Virus record (IMG/VR): IMGVR_UViG_3300029216_000006
Coordinates: 1-51,981 of that record
Length of the DNA: 51,981 nucleotides
From: a virus
Taxonomy: Duplodnaviria; Caudoviricetes
Reading direction: 5' to 3' (one strand)
Position 1 is the stretch's first letter. Every line of letters begins with the position of its first letter. The notes beneath the pieces were generated by a model. The model made no database searches. It was not told the DNA's origin and worked only from the letters and a program-made list of their open reading frames with translations. Positions 35,852-44,393 of the stretch are shown here, in pieces. The translations under genes and the position numbers were made by a program.

Positions 35852-36045
35852 TACAGGTCATCCCCCTCGTCGTTGAGTTCATCAAGTTTGTCCTCGATGC
35901 GGTCGAGCGATTCCTGTATATCATCAACCCGCTCGGTGATCGAGAGGTTCGCATTGTCCGATTTGTCCTTGGCATCCTTGATACCCTCGGCCATCTCATC
36001 GACAACCCGCTTTAGATTGTCAAACTGTTCTTGGGTGATGGTCAT
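35851..36045 (-). CDS. Small acidic coiled-coil protein
   Basis: Heptad pattern; coupled overlaps. Confidence 0.55.
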   Translation of the reverse strand: MTITQEQFDNLKRVVDEMAEGIKDAKDKSDNANLSITERVDDIQESLDRIEDKLDELNDEGDDL

Positions 36046-36875
36046 ATAGTGGCCCCCAACCACGGTGAACGGACAACATCGTCATCCACAAGATCAATCA
36101 CCACGATCAACGGATCGTCGGTTGTGAGATCCTGCGGCCAAGTGTACCGATCAATCTTGAGCGATTGAACCCACGACACGCCAGAATGAATATCAAAGTT
36201 GGCGGTCACTATACTTCCAGCCAAGGGCGCGGGTTGCGCCACCGGCTCGGGCATGAACCATACCCGCACCCGGTTCGTCAGATCGTTCGGTTCCCATATC
36301 GGAACACCGTCATCCTCGCTTGTTGACAAGGTATCGTGCCTGGCATCAGGCATAGCCACCCATCGGACAACCGTGCCCGCGAGTTCGTCGAAATCAAGAT
36401 CGCCATCTCCTCCCGAGATCGGTGCTGTCGTGAGGCCGTCAAACACATTGAGGCTGAAATCGAGGCGGATACTGACATGCTGTAAATCACTGAGCGTGGT
36501 TCGCCGTACGCCTTCGAGTTTGATCGCCTTGGGCAAGAACCCAGCCAAGTTCGGAACAATCCCAACGAGCGGCCCCTGCACGGCATCGAGCAAGCTATGA
36601 AGATCGCCCGCCGCCTCAGGTGTGTCGCCGTCGCCAAACGCATCGTCGCGGTCACACACCACGGTAATACCAAACCCGCCGTCCGAGAGCGTCACCACCC
36701 CGCCAAGCGTTTGATCGCGTGTGCGCCATGAGTTGTATTCCACTCTCGGCGTGACTAATAGCGATGTTGTGAAGTCGTCGCGCACAATGGATTCATTGGT
36801 GCCGACGATATTTGTCACGCCCGCAATGTCAAGTTCGCCCTTGATCCACTCAAATAGGAGTTGGTCGATACTCAC
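36042..36875 (-). CDS. Putative head-tail joining / tail completion-like protein
   Basis: Follows the adaptor; GTGA overlap start. Confidence 0.45.
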   Translation of the reverse strand: MSIDQLLFEWIKGELDIAGVTNIVGTNESIVRDDFTTSLLVTPRVEYNSWRTRDQTLGGVVTLSDGGFGITVVCDRDDAFGDGDTPEAAGDLHSLLDAVQGPLVGIVPNLAGFLPKAIKLEGVRRTTLSDLQHVSIRLDFSLNVFDGLTTAPISGGDGDLDFDELAGTVVRWVAMPDARHDTLSTSEDDGVPIWEPNDLTNRVRVWFMPEPVAQPAPLAGSIVTANFDIHSGVSWVQSLKIDRYTWPQDLTTDDPLIVVIDLVDDDVVRSPWLGATI

Positions 36876-37954
36876 AGGCTTCCACCAATGACCCCTCCCC
36901 ACGGAGCAGGGCCAAGCCCATTGATTCTCGCTGGGTACATCGAGTCGTTGGCCGGGTCGCCGCCCGGATCACTGTAGATTGGGAGCAATCCAGCGATTAT
37001 ATTCTCTGCAATGCTCAAAATAGGCTGTGCCTTGGCCGCTTTACCCATATTATTCAACACGCCGGCAAGGGTGCGGGACTTGAGGACATGCTGAAACTCA
37101 ATGGGGAACAGAGAGATTGACGAGTCGATGGTGGTAATCGAACTGATGTCCGGTGTGCGGATAATCACCTCGGCCTCGGCAGTGTATATCTGATCGGGCA
37201 TACGCGAGAATGTGAAGGCCACCACATTACCCACAGTGAGCATCCTGAACGCCTCGGGCCGCCCATCGGCGAGCGTCCGGGCACCGTACTCGTTCATCTG
37301 CTGATCGCTTACATGGTGGCAATAGCCCGTGTTGTCTCCAACAAGGCTTGATGTCGATGTGACCGTGTACTTGAGTTTGTTGTCGGGGATACTGGCAATA
37401 ATCACCGCCGGGGCGGTTGTCACCGCGCCAGTCACCGAGATGCTGAGAGTGACCCGCTTACGCCGGAACGACCAATCGGCATCGTTCCAAACCGACATGA
37501 TGGTATTCTGCAACTCTTGGTCGATGATCGCCACCGAAGGTTTGACCCTCGGCCTCATATTCATGCAGTTTTCCATCACATAGCGACGGATGGACTGTGC
37601 CGTGAACTCGATCGGCGACGCATCGGTGCTGTCCGCCGAGAACTTGCTGAATGTCGAGAGTGCGTCGTCCTCGGCGATATCAGCCGCCGCACGGAAGTTG
37701 GCCTCCCGCTCGGGCATGAACTGCGCAGATGCTTCGTAGGCACCAAGTCGCACAAGCCACCTCGCCCATTCAGCGGGGGGGCTGTCCGCGTCGATAATGC
37801 CAAATGACCGACCCTGCTCGTCAATGACGGCGAGGGCTCGATCTGCGGCTTTGTCGATACCAAGTTGCTGATTGGCCGTACCTTGGGCAAACGCCTTGCC
37901 GACAACGAGAAGGCTGATCTCATCCTTCGTACCAGATGTTATAGTGAGGGCCAC
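36872..37954 (-). CDS. Putative head-tail adaptor
   Basis: W....WSFRRK, GRP..F, PD..Y, FP.EF..VL motifs typical of adaptor/tubular A proteins. Confidence 0.6.
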   Translation of the reverse strand: MALTITSGTKDEISLLVVGKAFAQGTANQQLGIDKAADRALAVIDEQGRSFGIIDADSPPAEWARWLVRLGAYEASAQFMPEREANFRAAADIAEDDALSTFSKFSADSTDASPIEFTAQSIRRYVMENCMNMRPRVKPSVAIIDQELQNTIMSVWNDADWSFRRKRVTLSISVTGAVTTAPAVIIASIPDNKLKYTVTSTSSLVGDNTGYCHHVSDQQMNEYGARTLADGRPEAFRMLTVGNVVAFTFSRMPDQIYTAEAEVIIRTPDISSITTIDSSISLFPIEFQHVLKSRTLAGVLNNMGKAAKAQPILSIAENIIAGLLPIYSDPGGDPANDSMYPARINGLGPAPWGGVIGGSL

Positions 37955-37967
37955 GGTCTACCCCCTA

Positions 37968-38309
37968 TTAGGCGTTGGTGTTGCCGATTTCGATCCAGAA
38001 TCCAGAGTCAGCATCGTAGATAAACTCGATGCTGTCTGCTTGAAGCATCGAGAACGATGTTCCGGCCAGTTTCAGGTTGGTTCCCGATTGATCGTCACGA
38101 AAGACGATCGAAGATGTCCCTGTTTTCCCAAGGAAAAAGACCCTTCGGCCATCTTCCGCTCCACCAATGATGCTGTCAATGATAGATACAGAGGATGCGT
38201 TGATTCGGTGGTTCGTGGTTCCCGAGGAAAGAGAAAGACCTGTGGCTGTTGAAACGCTAAGCGGCTTGAATGCGCCGCTTGAGCGGATCGCGTAAATGGG
38301 ATTTCCCAT
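37968..38309 (-). CDS. Putative virion (head fibre/decoration) protein
   Basis: AGGAG RBS; D.I.FIYD..SG.W.E motif. Confidence 0.5.
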   Translation of the reverse strand: MGNPIYAIRSSGAFKPLSVSTATGLSLSSGTTNHRINASSVSIIDSIIGGAEDGRRVFFLGKTGTSSIVFRDDQSGTNLKLAGTSFSMLQADSIEFIYDADSGFWIEIGNTNA

Positions 38310-38331
38310 GATGATCTCCTGGTGAGGTGGT

Positions 38332-38799
38332 TTACTCGAAGTCTTGCAGGCCGTCGTATGTGTTGTAAATGATGTGGACAGAACCGACCCAAGTACCCGT
38401 TCCAGCGTCAGCACCCGAACCGTTTGTGGTTGCCAGAGCCACGGTTGTTTCAGCAGCGATCACTTCGGGTGTTGCGAATCGGGTAATGACCGCCTTGTTC
38501 TTGGCATCGAGAGTGGCGAGGGCGGTTTCAAGGTATGCGTCCGGGTCGGCGGCGGTGCCAACACTCAGATGCGTTGCGGTCGCCAGCGAGAGGCCGGTGC
38601 TTGATTTGAGTGAAATGAGGGTGATCTGAGAGTTTGCTGGAATCTTGTGTGAGATGTCAACGGTCTGTGCCGCTGTCAGCGTGACCAGTTCCCTAATCTC
38701 AAAGGTGCGAACGCCTGATGCGTGCGCCTGTAAGTCTTTGACCTCGCCGCCAGCAGCGAACTTGTTGACATTGATTTTCTTGTTTCCGATCTGTAGCAT
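38332..38799 (-). CDS. Putative capsid decoration protein
   Basis: IPANS.I...LSVGTAADPDAY; position after the capsid gene. Confidence 0.55.
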   Translation of the reverse strand: MLQIGNKKINVNKFAAGGEVKDLQAHASGVRTFEIRELVTLTAAQTVDISHKIPANSQITLISLKSSTGLSLATATHLSVGTAADPDAYLETALATLDAKNKAVITRFATPEVIAAETTVALATTNGSGADAGTGTWVGSVHIIYNTYDGLQDFE

Positions 38800-38812
38800 G
38801 ATTTTCTCCTAC

Positions 38813-39259
38813 TCAAGTGAGTATTTGTTTATGGCTATGCTTGCCGTGTCTTTCTTTGTTGAACATGAACCGTGCCATATCCATCCGTTCGGGCCGAATA
38901 TCGGCGTTGTGTGCCGCTATTTCCTTCTTCATCTTTGTCGCCGAGTCATCGTAAGCCTGCTTGATTGCCATATCTTTGTTCTGCTTGGCAACGCGGGCTC
39001 CAAAGATCCGTCCGCATGTTTCTTCCACATTGACCTTGAGGTATCTGTCGCCTTGGAACACTAAGGATTGTGCTGGCCCGCCCGCCGGCTTCTCGCCAAT
39101 ATGATACTGGATTGTGCTGAGCCCTGCATGATACCAAGGGGTCGTGCCAGTCCTTATCCCGACACGCATAGCAGCCTTGGTTATCTCTCCATGCAGAGAG
39201 CCGGGTACGCCAGGCAGGTGCCGCCCGTCAACCTTGAACAAGTGTGGATAGATCGTCAT
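38813..39259 (-). CDS. Hypothetical protein
   Basis: Fills the gap after the capsid terminator. Confidence 0.55.
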   Translation of the reverse strand: MTIYPHLFKVDGRHLPGVPGSLHGEITKAAMRVGIRTGTTPWYHAGLSTIQYHIGEKPAGGPAQSLVFQGDRYLKVNVEETCGRIFGARVAKQNKDMAIKQAYDDSATKMKKEIAAHNADIRPERMDMARFMFNKERHGKHSHKQILT

Positions 39260-39290
39260 AAAATGGACGGCAGCGGTAAGCCGCCGCCCA
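39260..39290 (-). terminator. Terminator after the major capsid gene
   Basis: TGGGCGGCGGC-TTACC-GCTGCCGTCCA then TTTT. Confidence 0.6.
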
Positions 39291-39331
39291 CGAAAGGGTG
39301 CATCGCAAGGAGCTACGATGCTGGGTGATTT

Positions 39332-40735
39332 TTATGCTACAGACGCGCCCTTGCCAATCAAGTTGTTGGTGACGACCTGGCGGTTGATGCGCTTGCAGTA
39401 CGGGGTAGCGACCATGAAGCCCTCACGACGGTAGAACATCGAGCCACCACCATGCGTGTTGGTGCCCTCCATGCGTTCCCAGTCGCCTGCGCCACGGGTC
39501 ACAACATCAATACCCTTGGTGTAGCCGTATTGCATACGCCAGTCACCGGGGTTCAAGAGCATCATGCGGGTGTTGGAAGCAGCCGCATCGCCGAGGATGG
39601 TCACTTGACCAAGAACGGGGTGTTGGAAAGTAAGCCCCATCTCGCCAAAGGTGTAATCACCGCTGTTCACGGCATCCTGTTGGACAAGAGCGTTGTTGCC
39701 AATGCCCTCGCGGAGTTCGTCAGAGAGATCAATACCCATCAGGGCAACCGAGGGTACGGCCTGCCCTGAATCACGGATCTTGTATCCGATATGGCGAGCC
39801 ATATTGTTCATATGAGACTTGGCTACCTGAGTCGCCGATCCGGTTCCGTTGAGCCGGATAGGGAGCAGGTGGCGGTTGGCTGCGGTCGAGCGGTCAAGGT
39901 CGCCGAACCAAGAGTCGCCAGAGGCAATGGTCGCCTTGAAGGTTTCACCAAATCCACCAAGGAACCCTGCGTCTTTTTCGCCCGAACGGTAAATCACGAC
40001 GGTATTTGCAAGGCCATTGAGGTTGGCAGTGGTGGTTTCGTCGGTGTGTTCGAGGCCGATTGAGTAATCAACCACATTCACATCGGTCACACGAATGTTG
40101 TCCGCGACCAATACACCTGCTGCAGTGTAGAAGTCGAGGTACATATTTCTGGAGAAGATCCCGATTGAGTTATCGGTGACAAGGATTCGGGCATTGTTTC
40201 CGGTCGCGTAAGTGCTTGCGTCGCTCAGGTTGTCCGCATCATTGAGCTTTTTGGTCCCGCTTTGGGCACCGATCTTGGCGGTCTTGTCGGCATGGAGCAA
40301 GATCGTCATGGATTCAGATGCGGATTCAATAGAATCAGTCTGAACCATCTCAGCAATGTTTACGGCTGCCTCAGGCGTGTTCATACCCTTGATCTCAAAG
40401 ATCGAGAGGCGTGCGATTGCGTCGATTCGACGAAAATCGTTGGCCGTTGGGTCGGTGTGATCCAAACGAATCTTCACCTGTGCAGCGGTCGAACGCCGTG
40501 GGGCATCAAAGTCTTTGGACAGGTCTTTGCCTGCACGGGACGAGTCCGAGTGTCCGGTGGTCATCTGATAGACCTTGGACGACTGGACAACTTCCTCGGC
40601 GGGCTTGATGATGCGGGCGGTAGGCGAACCAAGCCGATAGGCAAGGTCTGGTACATCAGCGTCGTATTGAGTCCTCAGCAATGCAGTGAGGTTGGTGAGT
40701 CTGGTTTCAACAATGTCGTATTGTGGGTGTGCCAC
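39332..40735 (-). CDS. Major capsid protein
   Basis: 467 aa; order portal-scaffold-capsid; GGAG RBS; followed by a terminator. Confidence 0.75.
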   Translation of the reverse strand: MAHPQYDIVETRLTNLTALLRTQYDADVPDLAYRLGSPTARIIKPAEEVVQSSKVYQMTTGHSDSSRAGKDLSKDFDAPRRSTAAQVKIRLDHTDPTANDFRRIDAIARLSIFEIKGMNTPEAAVNIAEMVQTDSIESASESMTILLHADKTAKIGAQSGTKKLNDADNLSDASTYATGNNARILVTDNSIGIFSRNMYLDFYTAAGVLVADNIRVTDVNVVDYSIGLEHTDETTTANLNGLANTVVIYRSGEKDAGFLGGFGETFKATIASGDSWFGDLDRSTAANRHLLPIRLNGTGSATQVAKSHMNNMARHIGYKIRDSGQAVPSVALMGIDLSDELREGIGNNALVQQDAVNSGDYTFGEMGLTFQHPVLGQVTILGDAAASNTRMMLLNPGDWRMQYGYTKGIDVVTRGAGDWERMEGTNTHGGGSMFYRREGFMVATPYCKRINRQVVTNNLIGKGASVA

Positions 40736-40768
40736 GATTATTCTCCATCACGCACCCGTTGGCGCGTG

Positions 40769-41644
40769 TCAGTTTATTGGTGTATTCGCAATGGTTCCGA
40801 GTGGGTTTCCATTGTTCTGTTGCTCGATCATCGAATACGCTGCTGTTTTTTCGGCCATTGACTTGTCTCGGAACGGAACCTTGCTGTCTCCCAACGAGGG
40901 ATTCGGCGATTGGAGTCCATTCAGACCGGCGGGGCCAGCCATCACTGCCTGTGCAGCCTGAGCCTTCGCAACCAGATTTGATCCCATGAGGCCAGTGGCG
41001 GCTTTTTGGGCCACCTGCCCTATTTGGGTAATCTGAGCCGCACTCAACGGGGCAAAGGAATCGTTTCGCAGCGGATGATTCGCTGGGTACACTGATCTTG
41101 CTTCCGTGGCCGCATTTTCCACAAGGAACTTGACTACACCTGCCATCGTCGGGTCGGTATTCTTCCCGAGGATGTCCGCTGTAATCTTGCTCAGCCCGGC
41201 ATTTTCGGATGCCACAAGGCTTTCATGCTCTTGGTTGACACTGTGGTTGGTCAGTTGATTGCTGATTGCACCGTTGATGTCCTCCATTGTGATCGCTGCT
41301 ACGGGCTGTTCAACTTGCGTTGCTTCGCCCGCGAACATGGATTGAAGGCCGGGAAGGTTGATATTGTTTCTATCAAGCAACTGTTGAGCCTCGCGGCCCT
41401 GTTGCAAACTGGCAATATCATCTGCGGTCTTGATTCCTGCGGTTGCCATTGCTCGGATCATCTCTGACGATCCAGAATAAGCAGTAGCCATTCGCTCAAG
41501 TTCTGCGAGTCTTGTGGGGTCAATAGTCGTCTGCGTGTTCGATGCGGGCGTTTCTTGCGTCGGTGTCTCAAGTGCTGCCGGTGTCTGGACGGCAGGTTGG
41601 TTGAGTGTTGGCGACGGTGTACCCTGTGTATCTGTTTCGGTCAT
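40769..41644 (-). CDS. Scaffolding protein
   Basis: T/P/Q-rich N-terminus, helical, between portal and capsid. Confidence 0.7.
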   Translation of the reverse strand: MTETDTQGTPSPTLNQPAVQTPAALETPTQETPASNTQTTIDPTRLAELERMATAYSGSSEMIRAMATAGIKTADDIASLQQGREAQQLLDRNNINLPGLQSMFAGEATQVEQPVAAITMEDINGAISNQLTNHSVNQEHESLVASENAGLSKITADILGKNTDPTMAGVVKFLVENAATEARSVYPANHPLRNDSFAPLSAAQITQIGQVAQKAATGLMGSNLVAKAQAAQAVMAGPAGLNGLQSPNPSLGDSKVPFRDKSMAEKTAAYSMIEQQNNGNPLGTIANTPIN

Positions 41645-41742
41645 GGTTTTTTACCTCTGGCGATTCCGGTGCCATTGCTGGGTTGGCGGTTTCGCGGTGT
41701 ATGGTGGGTTGGCCTTACGCAAGGGTGCCACCTGTCTTACTT

Positions 41743-41772
41743 AGTGTATACCAACATGGATCGCGGTGTCAA
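41743..41772 (-). promoter_or_regulatory. Promoter for scaffold/capsid
   Basis: TTGACA-18-TACACT. Confidence 0.55.
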
Positions 41773-43739
41773 GCCGGTGGAATGGATACGCCGCCAAGGA
41801 TTGATTGGAGGTCGGCTTGCTGCGGGCCTTCGGGCTCGGGTGCCAGTTCATCTTCCTCGGATTGCAGGAGTCCGTCGATTTCCATCTGGCTGATCTTTGC
41901 TTCCTCAATCGCTTGCTGGATCTCGGGGTTTGCCCGTGCGATCGTATCCATAGATGCCCTTTGCAGAGCGTCAAGCATGATATTGACCCGAGAGCCCAAT
42001 GAAATCGGCTGGTATGGCTGTCCGTCGAGCATCCCTGCCGCCGTCATGTTTGCAAACTGCATGGTTTCTTTGTCCAGCGGATCAATAGCCATGTCGAGGG
42101 TTGCCATGAGCCGCGAATAAGTTGACGGATCAACCGCGCCAAGTTCGATTCCTCGCTCAACCTGCGATACGCGCTGCTGCCGCGAGCGGGGGCGGAGTGC
42201 CTGATCTCTCAATGCGAGGGAAACAGGCATGGATGTGGGGTCCATATTGCCTATTTCACCGATCATCTGATTGCTAAAACCCTGCTTTGTCATGGAAACA
42301 ATCAGGTCGGGGGATTCCGAGCGAACCATCCCGATTCCTGTGGCCGTGATTGTGGAAATAAGCCTCTGATACGACTCAACATCGTCCTTTACACGGTCAT
42401 CAAGCGGTCTTTCAACCAGGTCCGCAGCAAGCTGAACCGCCCCGTCGGTGACATGGCTCTTGAGTTGCCCGCGATGGACGCTCGACTGGAACGCGGATTC
42501 TTTGACCTGAGAGATCATGCTGCTCATGGTCTGCTCAAGTGCGGGGTTTGGCGGCGGGTTCTGAATCTGCACGGGTGGCGAACCTCGGCGATCCCGAGCA
42601 TTGCCAAAGACATAGCCCCGGTTGAACTCTTCCATGATCTCTGACTTGTCTGCCCTGCCACTCCCAAACCACGACTGGTCGATGAACCAGATCGAGTTGT
42701 TGACATAATCGTAGAGTTGCTGGAAGAATAGGGTGCCCGTGAGGTTGAGCTTATCCTGATTGTCGAGCATGAGGGCTGTGTCGGAAACCTTGTCCCGGCT
42801 TCCCGGCTTGCGGAACCCGTTGAGAAGAATGTATGGCATCCCGTTGAGTCCGATCGGGTTCACGGGGTTGTCAAAGTTGGGAACCCGATCGTCGTTTTCT
42901 GACCCGCCTGTGCTGAGCATCACATACCGGCGGTCGAATCGGTCTCCTGAGCCCTTGATATAAATCTCATGGACAAGTGCCCCTTTTTCTTTGGAGTGCT
43001 TGAAGTAGTCTGCATACATTTTTCCGCCCGAGAGGTAGTAGAATGCGTGTTCTGTGGGTGTCAACTCGGCGACCGTGTTCATCTTGTTCTGGTCAACCTC
43101 AAACAAGGCTTCTTCCCCATACACCCGCCTGATTGCGTGGATGCTCATCACATCCGAGTAGATGACGAACTCATTGTCCTCAAGATTGTCACTTCGCGTG
43201 GTTTGATCGGTCGTAAGGCGGTATCCGTCAAACTCGAACGACTTGAGTTTGGTGTTTGCCACCCCGTTGATTTGCGATGATTGAATGCGGACGCCTACGC
43301 CGTGCCGCCCGTCAATGCTTCGCTCAAAGTTCGCTGTTCTGGCCGATTGCAGCAATCCTGATTTTTCAATCAGCATATTTGCAAAGTTTTCCATGAGATC
43401 CGAGTCCTTTGCGCCAGAGATCCCGGTGATATGGTGGAGCGGGAGAGCGTCCACATTCAGTTTTTCGGGGTTGGTGGCGGCGGCTATCCGAATAATGTTG
43501 CCAGTGATCTCATTGATGGTGGCCTTGATCCGCCCGCTTGCCACCGTGTCATTGATGCTGGTTCGGAACAGGCGAGAGTATCCCCCGGTCGCTTGGCCCT
43601 GTTGGAGCCAATGGATGCCGATATAGTACGATCTGGATCTGCCCGCAGCAATCTCCATGTCCCTGCGTTCGGTGCTGGAATCTCGTATTTGTTCGCGCAC
43701 CCATTGCGACAATGCCTGCGGGTTGGGAAAATGCAACAT
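41769..43739 (-). CDS. Portal protein
   Basis: 656 aa after terminase; YYIGIHW, TINEI, MPYI, QDKLN motifs resembling P22-like portals. Confidence 0.75.
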   Translation of the reverse strand: MLHFPNPQALSQWVREQIRDSSTERRDMEIAAGRSRSYYIGIHWLQQGQATGGYSRLFRTSINDTVASGRIKATINEITGNIIRIAAATNPEKLNVDALPLHHITGISGAKDSDLMENFANMLIEKSGLLQSARTANFERSIDGRHGVGVRIQSSQINGVANTKLKSFEFDGYRLTTDQTTRSDNLEDNEFVIYSDVMSIHAIRRVYGEEALFEVDQNKMNTVAELTPTEHAFYYLSGGKMYADYFKHSKEKGALVHEIYIKGSGDRFDRRYVMLSTGGSENDDRVPNFDNPVNPIGLNGMPYILLNGFRKPGSRDKVSDTALMLDNQDKLNLTGTLFFQQLYDYVNNSIWFIDQSWFGSGRADKSEIMEEFNRGYVFGNARDRRGSPPVQIQNPPPNPALEQTMSSMISQVKESAFQSSVHRGQLKSHVTDGAVQLAADLVERPLDDRVKDDVESYQRLISTITATGIGMVRSESPDLIVSMTKQGFSNQMIGEIGNMDPTSMPVSLALRDQALRPRSRQQRVSQVERGIELGAVDPSTYSRLMATLDMAIDPLDKETMQFANMTAAGMLDGQPYQPISLGSRVNIMLDALQRASMDTIARANPEIQQAIEEAKISQMEIDGLLQSEEDELAPEPEGPQQADLQSILGGVSIPPA

Positions 43740-43752
43740 CTAATACTCCTGT

Positions 43753-44070
43753 CTATTCCTGCATTCGCGGGATCTCTTGTTGGTTTGATTCTCGAACCAT
43801 TCGATCCATCGCGCTTGGGAACTGTATCTGTGGTTTTCGTTGGTCTTTGTCTGGATTGTTTTCGATCCGCATCCGTTCTACTTGGTCGTCCTCTCGGATC
43901 ATCGAGGCGTTGAATGCCATCGCTGCCAAATCGGACACGGTACGGGTGAGTTCTTCTAGTGTTTCGTCACGGTTGACCGCGTTCTTGGCGGATTGGCAGA
44001 CACACACAACGATGGTGGCGCACACCATGACGGTGACAATGAGCATGAAGGCGAGTAGGTCGGGTGTCAT
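43753..44070 (-). CDS. Small N-terminally anchored membrane protein
   Basis: LLAFMLIVTVMVCATIVVCV. Confidence 0.6.
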   Translation of the reverse strand: MTPDLLAFMLIVTVMVCATIVVCVCQSAKNAVNRDETLEELTRTVSDLAAMAFNASMIREDDQVERMRIENNPDKDQRKPQIQFPSAMDRMVRESNQQEIPRMQE

Positions 44071-44073
44071 GGT

Positions 44074-44382
44074 TTATACCCCCCCGATTTCTGCGTCGGT
44101 ATCAACTCGACAGTGAATGTCGTCAACATGGAGAAGCAGGATTTTCCGATCTCCGATAGTGATTTCTGACCCGCCAAACCCTGAGAAGGTCACTCGGCAG
44201 CCGTTCTCAAGGAACTCGGGGCATCCGTCGCCCATAGAAACAATCATCCCGCTGTTGAGTTGTCCGCGCCCAGACTCAGGAAGGTAGATCCCCGCATTGG
44301 TGACTTCTTCCACGGTATCGCGGACAATCGCTACCCTCTTAGCGTTTGGTGTGACAAGGTGTTGTATCTGTTCTGTTTTCAT
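44074..44382 (-). CDS. groES: Co-chaperonin GroES (Cpn10)
   Basis: P...RVAI, T.AGIYLP, G.IVSMG.G, V.F..F.G.EI, DDI. Confidence 0.9.
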   Translation of the reverse strand: MKTEQIQHLVTPNAKRVAIVRDTVEEVTNAGIYLPESGRGQLNSGMIVSMGDGCPEFLENGCRVTFSGFGGSEITIGDRKILLLHVDDIHCRVDTDAEIGGV

Positions 44383-44393
44383 AATCGCCCCTT

